Positions 25,333-37,618 of a stretch of DNA of 64,000 bases are shown here, in pieces. Both the position numbers and the translations under genes were made by a program. Source of the DNA: the human T2T-CHM13v2.0 reference genome, Homo sapiens; assembly GCF_009914755.1 (NCBI RefSeq), contig NC_060941.1, one strand, 5' to 3'. Under the pieces are notes generated by a model, which did no database searches, was not told the DNA's origin, and was given only the letters and a program-made list of their open reading frames with translations. The stretch's first letter is position 1, and each line of letters begins with the position of its first letter.

Positions 25333-28300
25333 TGGGATATGGCAAGAGCCGTGAAGAGTTCAGCTGAGTTGTCTTGGGCCTTTTGCTTCACCTCTTTGTG
25401 AACTTGCTGGCCCCCACGCCAGGATAGGGGGCCGGCGACCTCGCAAAGGCTGGGTGCGTGTGGACACTCCGGGGCTGAGGGAGCACTGGCCAGGGCACAG
25501 GCTTGGGTGGGTTCCCCCTCTCAGGCCAGACCTTGTGCCTGTTGTCACCTGCCACCCCAACTCGGCTGAAGCCAGTTCCCAGTGTCCAAGGGGCCCGAGA
25601 GCTGGGAGGTGGATCCAGGATCCTCAGTCACAGGAACACCATGAAAACCGCAGGACAGTTCCCTGGAGGCTTCCTGAGCTCAGAGGTCGTGGTGTCCATC
25701 CTGGGAATTTATAGGATGCCAAAGAACGCCGAGAAGCACGAGGAGCCCTGGAGCTGCCTCCCCCGGGGTCCCACCGTCTCAGGCTTCCTGATCCTGCTCC
25801 TCAGCACAGGGCAGTCTGCCCCCGGCCTGAAGCTTCCTGCGTCTGCTGTCCTTGGCTCGTAGGATGGTGTCCTGCCAGGCTGGCAGCATCTTGGCCACCC
25901 AGGGTGGATGGTGGAGGGGCCACGTGGCTGTGGGCCTGTGCCAGCCCTAGCTGGGGTTCCCTCTCTTGTGGGGTCTGTGCTGCTGGCCGTGCTCCCGTCT
26001 CCTCCCCTGCCCTGGGCAGCGCCTGCTCACGTCCAAGTGGCTTCCCTTCAGCCAGGCTCCTTTATACCAAATTCTGTCCCCTTTGTCCTTGATCCCTTCC
26101 CTGCACACCTTGAACCCTAGGTCGAGTGAGCCTGGGGTAGGGCCCATGTCCTCTCCTGCCGAGGCTGGTAAACCTTAGACTTGCCCCCACCCCACCCGTC
26201 TGTGTGGTTTGCCGCTGATCCCCAGAGGTCTCGACTTCATCCCGACCGTGAGAGGCCACCGCAGTGGTGCAGCTCCCTCCTGACCGCAGTGCAGCCCCAG
26301 GGGGCCATCGCTGGGCCCTGCCCCACTCCACAGGGCCACACAGCAGGGACCAGGCAGTCACACCGATGGTTGGAGCCGGTGGAAGTGATTTCCAGGCAGG
26401 GGCAGGCCCCTGGGCCAGGGCTGGAGCTGGCATCCGTGGAGGTACTGGGTGTGCCAGGGCGCGTCTTAGGTGGTTTGTGTGTGGCAGGGCCTGGGCTCTG
26501 GGGTCTGTGTCTGCCTGTCCTGCTCCCTCCTGGCCCCGGGGCCAGCGTGGTCCTGGAGACTGATCCAGCATGACCTACCTGTCGTCCCCGTGAGCCCTGT
26601 GGTTGTGGCCAGAGTGGGTAGCGGCATCCAGGGCGGCTGTGAGAGTGGAGGGAGACTCGGGTCACGGCCAGGCACACACAGCCACACACACATGCTCACC
26701 CGCATAAGCACACCCGTGTACGGTTCACGCTTGTGCGTGCCCACTCACATAGGTAGACATGCACGCACATATGTGCTCATGCCCGCACACATATGTGATA
26801 CCTCCCCGGGGTCTGCAGTGCTGCTTTCCTCACGCTGAATCCCTCTTCACGGTGGCCAGGCCCAGGCATGTCATCTTCGCAGGCAGAGGGTGAGCAACTG
26901 TGTGCCAGGCAGCCCTTCCGTATCTTCCCAGAAAGGGAAGCCAAGCCCGGGGCTCTGTGCGTCCCCCACCCCTGCCCTGCGGTGGATGGGATCCTGCCAG
27001 CCCTGGGCACTGTTCTCTGGAGAAGCAGCCAGGCCTAGCATTACTTTTAGCGGGACACGTGTCACAGGAGCCAGGTGACTGTCACCTCTGGGTCCCCTCA
27101 GGGGTGCATGAATCCCTTTCCTCTTCTCCCTCCACAGAAATCTGTGCCCCTGACACGGAGCGTTCGGCTTTGGGAACAGGCCTAGCAGTTGCCAGCATGA
27201 GGGCGGGAATGACTTGGGAGTCTGGGTGGCCAGGAGGTGCCTGAGATGCCTGGGATAGCTCGAGAGGCAGCCCTGTGTGTGCTGACCCGGGAGGAGGGCA
27301 TGGCTGTGAGGTGGAGGCTGGCACAGGCGGTTGGGCCCTGGCTTTGCGGCCACTCACCAGCCGCTGACGTGGCCTACTCTGTCTGCTCATCTGGGCGGCC
27401 TTGTGGGTTGTGCTGATTAAAGGGAGGTACATCTGTGAAGCACCTGGCCCTGGTCAGTGCTCAGAGGGTCTGTGGTCATGGTGAGAAGAACCCCGCAGCT
27501 CCTGGAAGGGCGAGAGGACCCGGAGAGGCTTCCTCTGCCAGACTCAGCTGTGCTTTGAGGAGGGGAAGTGACCCAAGGCCAGCCCAGCCGTGGTCCTGGG
27601 AGGCAGCATCGCCCGGTTAGGGCTTCCTGCGTGTCACCGGGGGCCTTGCTCTGGTTTCTGGCTGAACTTGTTGGGCACTGGGCGATCCTAGTGGGGGTTC
27701 TGCTCGCTGGAGCGAGAGGACCCTCTGGGGCGTGGGACCGGCGGTGGCCTGGACGTCAGCAGAGGAGGAAAGTCCTGCTTCAGGCAGCCATTCAGGGAGG
27801 GACAGGAATCACCCGAGAGTGACCTGCCAGCAGCAGGGGCGGCCCTCCTGCTCTGTTTGTGTCCGCAGCACGTGGTCAGTGCCTGGCACTGGAAACAGTA
27901 GCTCAGCAAATATTTGTCCGTCAAAGGAGTACGGGGGCCGGACCACCCAGTTCCGGCCCCTCCTCTGCAGACCAGGAAATGGAGCCATTTGCCGCAGGGG
28001 TGGGTCTCTCGTACCAACTCCAGGGTTAGCGGGAGGACAGCCCTGAGGGGCTGTGGCATGCTTCTGTCCCATGTGGTGCTGATGGGGGGTGGGTCTCGGG
28101 CTCTGCTGATGAGTATCAGGGCTGGGTCCTGGAACCCAGGCTGGCTGCACTCTGGGGGCGCTTCTGGGGACGGCTAGCCAGCCCCCTGGGCTGATGGTGT
28201 GGTCACACCTGCTGGCCTTGGCGGTCATGTCTCAAATGGGATCACAGCTCCGAGGGAGCTTTGGCAGAGGAAGGTGGGAAACATCTGGGTGAAAAGGAAG

Positions 28301-29298
28301 TGGGCCGTGCTCCTGTGTCTTCGAGGCCTCGGCCCCTCAGCTCCTCTCTCTGTGCCCCTCTCTTTGGTGGAAGCAGGTAGGGATGCAGCAATGTGGTGAG
28401 GCCCTTACAGAGTGGGGGACTCAGACCCACATCAGGGTAGCCCAGACACCTGCGCCCCTGGGGCTGCCCCCCCGCAGGTGGACTTGAGCCGGGTCTCGTT
28501 GATGTCTAGGCTGCAAAAGGCCTCTGACGGCGCTTACCCTGTGCCGCCACGATTTTGATTTCTTAATCTGCATTTTGCACACGGGCCGAGGAGACATCAG
28601 TGTCCCCAAGCGCTGCCCGTGTGTCCCCAGGGCCCTCAGCGATGGCAAGGCGAGCCCAGGCCAGCGTGCACCAGGGTGGCTGCCTGGTGAGCCTATCCCA
28701 TGGGGCCAGGTCTCCTCAGACCACCGCGCTCCTCTGGGGCTCAAAGCGGAGATGCTGGGTGAAGGTCTCAGAGGTGCTGTGGGTCTGCAGCCTGGGTAGT
28801 GAGGTGTCTTGGAGTCAGAGAGGCTTGTGACCAGCGTGTGCCCATGGGTGTCCCCCAGAGGAGGTTTGTGCGCTGTGGTGTGGGGTCAGCAGACTGTCCA
28901 CCTGGCCTGAGGTAGGAGGTTCGGAGCTCTTGGGTCTCTGCGAATGACAGCCGGATGCGTATGAGGACGCGTGTTTGCGCTCACTGTCACTCACTGTCAC
29001 GCCTGGGGTGAAGCACACACGGGCTCTTCCTGTCTCTCGCCTTTGCAGAGACTCAAGTTCCCTCCCAAAGATGCCAGGCGTGCTGTGCATTTGAGGTCTG
29101 GAGTCCCTTCTCATTCTAGAATTTTCTGTTTCCTTTTGGTGTCCCCTCTCCGCCCTCCCTTCTGGCCCTGACACCCCGGGGGCCCTGCTGCCTGTGGTCA
29201 CAGGGCTTCCCTGGGTGGCTGTCAGCCCAGAGTGGGATGACGGTGGTGACTGCGAGCACCTGACTCCCTCCCCTTCCTTCTGCTGTTCTGCTTCCCAG

Positions 29299-29360
29299 GA
29301 GACGTTCTCTTCCAGATGGCTGAAGTCCACAGGCAGATCCAGAATCAGCTGGAAGAAATG
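29299..29360 (+). CDS. BAIAP2: BAIAP2 coding exon 4: (G)DVLFQMAEVHRQIQNQLEEM
   Basis: cttcccag acceptor, gtgagt donor; 62 nt; phase continues exon 3. Confidence 0.97.
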
Positions 29361-30120
29361 GTGAGTCCACCCCCAGCGTGGCCCTGCGAGGAGGGGCAGG
29401 TGCGACGGGAGAGCTGGCGCCACACCTTGGCCGTGTGTCCACTTGGGAACAGTCCCAGTTGTCCAGCCACACTCGGAGGCAGGGAGGGACCCTGGCTCAG
29501 CACACAAGCCACACTCGAAGGAGGACGTCGGAGAAAAGGGCACAGGCCAGACCGCGGCCGCATGTTTCACTGGCTGCAGTGGCAGCCATGACACGCTGGG
29601 CTCCAGGGAGAGTCCTGATCGCAGCCCCAGCCAGACCCCACTCCTGGGGTTCACAAGGTTGCAAGGCACACTTCCCCTGGCCTCTCCGACTGTAGGCAGA
29701 GGCAGACCCCACACAACCAGAGCACGTTGCTGGCGGCTGGTTTGCAGCATCCTGTCTAAAGCCAGGGGTCTGACCCTGGTGTCAGTTCAGGCCCATGGGC
29801 CCTGCGACCTCTCAGCCTGTGTCGCAGTGATCCCCAGCATGGGACAGCAGAGGAAGGAGGGGATGGCCGTTTGTTTCCCTTGTGGCTGTTTGGAGGTGAG
29901 ATTGTCCGACGTTCCAGACTCCTGTTCAGCACTCGCTCCTGGCTCCAGAGGGTGCACACGGGCATGCGGGGCCACAGCTCATCAGTCAGGGGGAGGGGGC
30001 CCCTCCTGCACAGCCGGGACACCCGGTGTCTCGTGCCCATCCGCTCTAGCCCTGCCCTGCCTCCTGTTCCGGGTCCATGTGTTGGAGCTGACGGCTGATG
30101 TGTTTTCTCTCCATGTCCAG

Positions 30121-30192
30121 CTGAAGTCTTTTCACAACGAGCTGCTTACGCAGCTGGAGCAGAAGGTGGAGCTGGACTCCAGGTATCTGAGT
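30121..30192 (+). CDS. BAIAP2: BAIAP2 coding exon 5: LKSFHNELLTQLEQKVELDSRYLS
   Basis: gtccag acceptor, gtaagt donor; 72 nt; in frame. Confidence 0.97.
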
Positions 30193-30909
30193 GTAAGTGC
30201 ACCCTGGCCGTGCCTGCTGGGCCCTGTGCCTGGGCTCCGGCTCTCCCAAATGCCTGCCACTCCTTCCTCGGCCTGAAGGCTTCCCACTTCCCCGAGCTCC
30301 CCGTCCACATGGGCCCCAGCTCTGACTTTATTGTCCATTTGGGACCGAGTGCCCCTGGTGCGCCCCAAATGCAACCTGTGGGTGAATCCGTTGCCTCTGA
30401 CGCCCCACATGCCTGGTTCCATGCCCCGGCTTTGGCCACTTGCGGTGAAGCTGGTGCCTGACTCTGCTGCCCGGGAGTGCAGGAGCTCCTTCTCTGGCCT
30501 CTGCAGTTCCCTGGGCTCTCGGCCCGTCCTGCCCCACCGCCACTCCTGTCCGCTGGCAGGAAGGCTTGGGGCTGAGGCACTGCTTGAGGGTTTGAGGGTC
30601 ACCTCTGGCTCTCAGTGGTGGGCGGGAGGGGTGGGCCTCGGCCACTTTTTCCAAGTGTGATTTTCATCTTGGGCGACCAGAGAGCTGCTATGGGGTTGGG
30701 TGGGGTCGGGCTGAGGCTTCATTTGGGCTCTCCCCAACTCTGATTTGCAGCTGAGCATGCACGGCCAGAGAGCGAGCCAGGAAGGGAGTGGCAGGGCTGG
30801 CAAGGGGACCCCGTTGCGTTGGGCTCATGGGCCTCGGTTTTGCTGCCAGTGGTCCGCGCTGCGTTGGGTTCATGGGCCTTGGTTTTGTGTTTTATTGTTT
30901 GAATCTCAG

Positions 30910-31047
30910 GCTGCGCTGAAGAAATACCAGACTGAGCAAAGGAGCAAAGGCGACGCCCTGGACAAGTGTCAGGCTGAGCTGAAGAAGCTTCGGAAGAAGA
31001 GCCAGGGCAGCAAGAATCCTCAGAAGTACTCGGACAAGGAGCTGCAG
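30910..31047 (+). CDS. BAIAP2: BAIAP2 coding exon 6: AALKKYQTEQ...KKLRKKSQGSKNPQKYSDKELQ (basic IMD tip)
   Basis: tctcag acceptor, gtaggc donor; 138 nt. Confidence 0.97.
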
Positions 31048-32837
31048 GTAGGCCCGCCACCCCCGCTGTGGTGCCTCTCCTGCCACCTTGGGACTGCTCA
31101 CCCCTCGGCCCCCCTCGTCCACAGGGAGTGGACAGCAGCCGCCCAGGTGCGATCAGACAGAGGCAGGCTGTGTGTCCCTGGTAGACCTCGGGAGCGGTGG
31201 GCCTGACGCCCCCAGGCCGGTGGGATGGTCGGCTCACCTGTGGGGCTCTGTCCTGCTCTTGCAGCCTCCCAGGGTCACTGAAAGGTTCTTGGCTGAAGGA
31301 GCAGAAACCTAAATGGAGTCCTCCCCTCTATTCTCCCCATCCCTGCCCGGGAGTCCGGTCCCAGTTTGTTCCTCTAAGCGGTCGTGGCCTCCGCCTGCAG
31401 GGCTGGCCACTCGAGGGAAGGTGGTACTTCAGGTTCCTCGAGGGAGCGGCTTCGGTGTTGTTTCTCTCACCGTCCCGCCGGCGTCACCGGTGCTGCGTGC
31501 TGAGTGGGCTGGGACGTAGGAAGGCCTGGCCGATGACAGGCACGGCCTGATGTGTGTACACCAGAACCTGGATGGTGGCTGACACAGGCCAGACCCAGAA
31601 ACCCCTCGCCCACTTGCTGGGGTCATAGTGATACAGAAGAGAAAGAAACACAAAACAAGATGCCCAGTCGTGTGTAAAGGAAACATCAGGAAAACCCCTG
31701 GCCAGTCACCCAGGTAGAAGCTTCTGGGCTGCACCCTGGGGTGGGCAAGGTGTGGCTGTGGGTGAAGCCCGGGCCTCCAGGCCGCACCCTTCCTGCTGGC
31801 AGTCAGGTTTTCAAGCCTTGGCAAGCCCCGCACACACCTGCCCGTGTGCGTGTGTCTGCGTGTGTGTGTGCGACCGTCTCCTTGGTGCCGGATGTGGGTG
31901 CTCATGAGTGGCTGTGGCCTCGCCCTGGGACTGGGAGGCCGGTTCCTGCTCAGAGCCTGTGCCCCCGCTCCCTGCTTAACTGCAGGGAAGCCAAGCAGGT
32001 CTGCCCACACCCTGCAGACCAAGCCAGAAGATTTCCAGTGTGGGGTCGCCTGGTGGAGCTGGATCGGCCCCAAAGGAGAGGACGGGACTAGGCCAGGGGC
32101 AGATGAGAAGGATAAGTGAGAGTCTGTGGAAACAGCCATACGGGGGAGCTGGGGGTCCCTCGGGTGCCCGCTGCTGTTTGCAGCCTCCCACTCAGGCATG
32201 CTTGGTGCACAGTTGTAGGGACGCAACTCAGGCCGTTCTCTAGGGTGCCCTGCCCTCTCCAGCCACCTCTTCCCGTGTCCCCAGCCTTTGTTTTGATCCT
32301 GTTTTTCACTCCAGGTAAGCTGTGATGGGTCTTTTGATCCTTTCCGTTTTGCACTCCGGGTAAGCTGCCATCATGGGTCTTTCTATGATGGGCCCATCAT
32401 GGTGGCCTTAGTATTCCTGCCTGAGGCTGCTGCAGCGAGCCGTCCTCAAGCTGTTTCTGTGAACAGAACCTGAGCAGTGGGCATGGGGAGTTGAGGAGGA
32501 GAAATAGGTATATGTTGGTAGACACTGTGTCTGTTTTTCTTCTTCCTCCCACCGTGGAACGTTTTGCTACTTTGCTTTCTGAAGACAAGCAGCGGACGGC
32601 ACCCCTGCGGCCTGGAGGGCCATAGCCGCCTCCGAGCAGGTCAGGACAGTGCAGGTGTGAGCCAGCCCTGAGCACCGAGGCCAGGTGTGAGAGCTTGTCT
32701 TAAGGGGGACTTTCCTGGGAATGTCCCCAGCTTGGTGTTCTGGGGATGGGGATACTGAGGCCAGTTCACTGAGGGCTCAGCTGCCTGCTGGGGGTCCAGG
32801 AGCTTGAGCTCCCTTCTGCCCTCGAGGCTCTGTGGGT

Positions 32838-33215
32838 TTTTGCTAACAGCGTTTTTGAGATATAATTCACATCACCAGCAGTTCACCATTTCACGGGCAC
32901 AGTCCAGTGGTTATGAGTGTTTGCAGCTGTGTGTCCATCACTCAGTCCGTTTTAGAGCATTTTTCAATCAGCAGTCACTCCTGGGCCCCTGGCCCCACCA
33001 GTCACCAGCCTGCCATTGGCCTCCGTAGACTTGCCTGTTATGGACATTCTGCGTAGCTGGAATCCCACAGTGTCCGGCCTTTGGTGCCTGGTGGCTCACG
33101 TGGCACGGAGGGTTCTTAAAGCTCATCGTGCCGTAGCCTGCGCCAGCCTCCTCCCCTCTTACTGTCGGGGGTCAGCCTTTCTTCCTTTTCATGGCTAAAT
33201 CGTGTTCCATCGTGT
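32838..33215 (-). mobile_element. Old L1 (L1M-type) 3' fragment, antisense
   Basis: 'taacagcgtttttgagatataattcacatc...ttagagcattttt...ttgcctgttatggacatt'. Confidence 0.6.
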
Positions 33216-34689
33216 GGGTACCGGAGGCTCCATCCTGCTCAGGGCCAGGGCCGTCTCCCTGGCACGGCCGGTACTGCCCTGTGGCTGAGCTCGCTGGGAG
33301 CTGGAGATCGTGGCGGGGTAGCATAGGGCCGGACAAAGGCAGAGGCTGGGGGCTGTCGGAGCCACTCCCCCTCCCTCCTGCAGGCTGGAGCCAGAGGCCT
33401 GAGGCCCCCACGCAGTCACTGTGGCCCTGCCGCACCAGCTCCCTGGTTTTCAGGTGCCCTGCCTCCCACTGCCAGGCCTCTTCAGGAGGGCCCTGACCGC
33501 ACACCTGGCCTCTGCCTGCCCTCCGCGCTGCTCTGCCGTGGGCCCCGGGTGGTGGGATTTACTCCCGAGGCTGTGTGTGCACAGCTAGCTCCTCAAGCCC
33601 ATCCCACACAGGGGTTTTGGAAGACCTTTTCCTTGCTGATGGCTGGTCTGTCTGTTTGCTGCATGTCCTGGCACTTTTGAGGTCTGTTGGGGGACCATGT
33701 TGGTGCCTCAGGGGCCCTGGAGGCAGGTCCCATCTGTTCTTCTCATGGGGGCTGTGAGCCACCTCCAGTGCCTCGGTGGACCCTTCGTTGACTGGCCCAA
33801 GGGTCACCTGATTCGCAGCCACAGGGGGCTGGACCTGGCAGTGACTCGAGGGGCCTTGGCCCTGCCTCAGTGCTGTGGTCCACGGTCTGGGCAAGGGGCC
33901 GCTGCTGGGTGCCCCAGGGGCTGACTGAACCATTTGGCAACAGAACTAAGGTGGCTGGTGGCTGGGCCCGTCCTGGGGCCCCTTGAGTGCCCTTTCGTGG
34001 TAAGCCAGGTGACCCAGTTTTGGGAGTAAGCCACAGCACCTGTTTCTCAGGTGGGGGACACCCAACGGCTGCCACAGTCGTCACAAAGCCTCCCTCGTCC
34101 GCAGGAGGGCAGGCGGAGGGGGAGAGGGAGGGGGTCGTGGCCTTGCAGGCTGTCTGCGTCCTGATGGGCCAGACCCAGGAGCCCGGCAGGGTCAGGAATG
34201 AGGGCAGCATTCCCATCTGTGGCTGCTAGTTGCCGAGGCAAATGGTCCCCCTAGCACCTGTGAGTGGGTCTGGGCAGGGACCATGTGGGCGGAGAGGGCA
34301 GGCAGGGCCCCGAAGCGCATGGTAGGTGGAGGTTGCAGTGGGTGTGAGGTGAGGGTGGCCCAGCAGCCCCCTTGGAAAGGCCTCTGCCACCCGGTACAGA
34401 GACGCTTGGCGAGCCTCATCTTCTCGGCCTCCCAGGGCCCCTCCTGGGAGATGTGTGGTGCTGGTCTTTCTTCCCAGGTCCCAGGGGCCCTGCTGTGGCT
34501 CCCCAGCCCTGGCTGAGCAGCCTCCTTTCTCTAGAACTTGCAGCTGCTCCTCCCCACTCACCAGGGGACCTGTGGGTGGCCCCAGGCTGGACTGTCCCCA
34601 CCTGGGCACAGCCTCAAGGCCCTGGTGTCAGGCTTAGGCTTGGATCTGGCTCTGTCCCTTATGGGTCATGTGGCCGCAGCAAGCCCCAG

Positions 34690-34735
34690 AGCTTCTCTGA
34701 GCCTCAGTTTCCCCATTTGTGAGGGGGAATATCCT
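34690..34735 (+). mobile_element. MIR core fragment
   Basis: ttctctgagcctcagtttccccatttgt resembles the MIR core. Confidence 0.55.
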
Positions 34736-35668
34736 GGCTTTCTCCCTCTTCTGAGCACTGACGGGAAGGGCTGTAGAGCCAGGATGAGCCGACATCAACC
34801 TTCTCACGGTGCCTGCGTGGGGGCTCTCCTGGACGGACCTCCGCCTCTGCTCCTCCCCATCCGCCTCCTTCCTCTGTCAATGGGAGACGGGGCTTCAACT
34901 CTTAACCACACAGGTGTTTTATTTTTGTGGTTTTTCCCAAGTCACCGAGTTTCTTCAGGAAGGGCTAGGTCTCATTTCTCCTGCGTCCCACTTGGTGCCA
35001 AGCACAAGCTGGTCACGCAGCAGATAGCTAGTAAGTGCTAAGTGGTTTCGAAACAACATTTTGGGGTGGGAAACAGAGGGAGCCACACCCCGGTGTGCTT
35101 TCTGCTCCCCAGTGGCCTGGAAGCCCAGGAGGCCAGGCCTCGGAGCCGTCAGCATCCCCAGCCCCACATCGGAGTTTGAGGGGGTGGGGCACTTGGTATG
35201 TGGCTGCGTACGCGCCCCCCGAGCTGCGGGGAGGCTGCGGCCACCATCCTGGGGTGAGTGCCATGTGGCTGCCTGGCTGGGATGTGCTGCCGGCCTCGCT
35301 GCTCCAGGCCCCTTGCCCCACCCAGGGCTGTTCCTGCTGGTTCCCATTGCCTTTGCAAACCCGGCCAGCGGGCTCTGTGGGACTTCTACTTTAGGGTGTG
35401 GCCGCTGGGGGCCCAGCTGTTGCATGTCCTCTCCACTTCTGAAGAGAGGAAGCACCCTGGGCTGGGGAACTGGGCTGGCTGGCCCCGCCTACTCATGTGC
35501 AGCCCCGCCCCTCCAGTGCATTCCACCCCGCCCCCACTTGTGTGGACCCGCCCCCACTTGTGTGCCCCGACTTGTGTGGTGCAGGAGGCCCTGCCCTTGC
35601 TTGTGTGGCCCCACCCCTTGGTGCAGGAGGCCCCGTCCCTCCAGTGCACCCCACCCCCATTTATGTGG

Positions 35669-35699
35669 CCCCACCCCACCCCACCCCACCCCACCCCAC
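35669..35699. repeat. (CCCCA)n pentamer repeat, about 6 copies, within a C-rich degenerate repeat (35500-35700)
   Basis: Direct reading. Confidence 0.85.
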
Positions 35700-37565
35700 A
35701 GGCCTCCTAGCTGTCCCTAACTCCTGGCTTGCCTCGCGGGGTCTACTGTCCTGGGGCCTAGGTTGTCAGCGAAGTCCTGCTGGTTGCAGGGAAAGGGCCT
35801 GCTGGAAGTACTCTTGGGGGAAGCAGAGACCTCTTCACCGGCCTCTCCATTCCTAAAGCGGTTGGTTGCTTCCCAGCTGTTCTACAGACCAGCCCAGCAG
35901 CTGCACCCTATGCTGGGGGCAGCCCGGGGGTGTCTACGCAGAGAGTATAGTTCACGGTGCCCCCTTGAGATCCCTGCCTCGGTCCCTGGACCTGCCTGCC
36001 CCCAGCTCTTCTAGCTGTCTCCAGTGTATACCCTGTGGGGTCACTGGCGACCATAGCAGTTGTCCCCAATCCTGAAGACCCTGAGAGAGGCAGGTGTGCC
36101 CACACGTCGTTGGAGTGCAGGGCAGGAGTCTGGCCCATTCGGGCTCCTGGGGCTGCTTTCTTGAGCGGGCAGGAGGGGGCTGCCGGACTGCCGGAAGTGG
36201 AAGTGACCCCACGCAAGGGTGGCCTGAAGCCAGTGTCCAGCCAGGGGCGTGAGTAGCAGAGAAGCAGATGCCTCCCTGCGGTTCCCAAGCTGCCCCTGCC
36301 ACAGAGGCCTTTCCCTTGGAGACCCTTTAGTGCCTCCGGGGTCTCTGGCCCTGCATGTCCCTCACCTGGCAGCCTAGAGCTGGCCGGGGCCTGGCTGGTG
36401 GTGCAGCCATGTGGGTGGTGCATGCAGGTGGAGGCTGTTCAGGCAGCTCCACGGGCTGGACGGGCGCCCCCATCTACAGGGCCCCCCACCTCAGCTGCCG
36501 CTGATGAAGGGGAGGTGGTGGCTGGTGCCTGACTCTGGTCTTTGGGGGTGTAGCATGCTGTGTCATTGTCAGATGTGGGTTCCCTCAGCGACCCAAGAGC
36601 TGGGTGTCTCGAAGTGATTGCCGGGGTCTCCAGTGGGCTCAGAAACCTGGCGCCAGCTGCACCCCACCTGAGCTGCATGTATGCGGAGCACCAAGCTCCT
36701 GGGAGCTGTGAGGCTGCTGGGCAGCGAGGCTGGGCCCATGGCACGTGTGAGGGGCGGCTTCATGCTCCAGGGTGCCCACGAGGCCGAGGCCCCCGATGCG
36801 CACTGCCCGCCTCCACTGCCGGGCTCATTGTGTGGCAGCGGCCAGGCCTTCAGCCTGAGCTGAAACAGGGACACACCACACCAGGCCCTGGGGGCAGAGG
36901 TGGGGCTGCAGGGAGGGGTGGGCGTGAGGTTGGCCAGGCCCTGCCCCAGAGAGGCAGGCAGAGTGGATTTCTCTGTCTGCCTGCCAGGGTGCCCTTGAGC
37001 GGGGCTGGGCCCGGGGGCCTCCTGTTGTTCAAGAACTGCTTGTAATTGAGATGGTGTTTTGGGATTTCCATGAAAAGAAGTAATTTTAGTTATAGGTCAG
37101 GGCACTGGGGCTAGGAAGCATTTGGGGTGTTTGTTAACTAGGACGGGAGAGCTTTACGTAAGGGGCCCGGCCCGGAGCACCGCCCTGACGGCCTTGGGCA
37201 GCGGCACCTTCACTCCCCAGGACCGTGGTCGTTGCCACATTTGCTGGGCCAGGTGCTGACAGACGTGCCCGTCTGCCTGGAGGGAATGTTCTCCACACCA
37301 CGCGGGGCACGGTGGACATGCTGGGGCAGGGGACACCTTCTCTGTGGGTTTATCAGTGTGTCCGCGGGGCGTGGTCACAGCCTGGTCCAGCTCCTCCTTA
37401 GAACAGAGGGGTGTGGCTGTGTCCACAGGGCCCGGAATGGGGCTGAGAGCAGAGCCCAGCCTGTGCCCACCGCTCGGGGGCAGGGAGCAGGGCCCGGGGG
37501 ACGTGTCCACATGCCCCATCCTGCATCTGGAACCCAGGGTGGGAGGCGAGTGGCCCACCCACTCC

Positions 37566-37618
37566 CTGGGCTGGGCTGGGCTGGGCTGGGCTGGGCTGGG
37601 CTGGGCTGGGCTGGGCTG
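37566..37618. repeat. (CTGGG)10 pentanucleotide repeat
   Basis: Ten perfect copies plus CTG. Confidence 0.95.

Noticed and set aside
29443-31206. ORFs of 277 aa and 153 aa that contain exons 5 and 6
   Set aside because: Real exons embedded in chance open intronic frames; the splice signals define the true boundaries.
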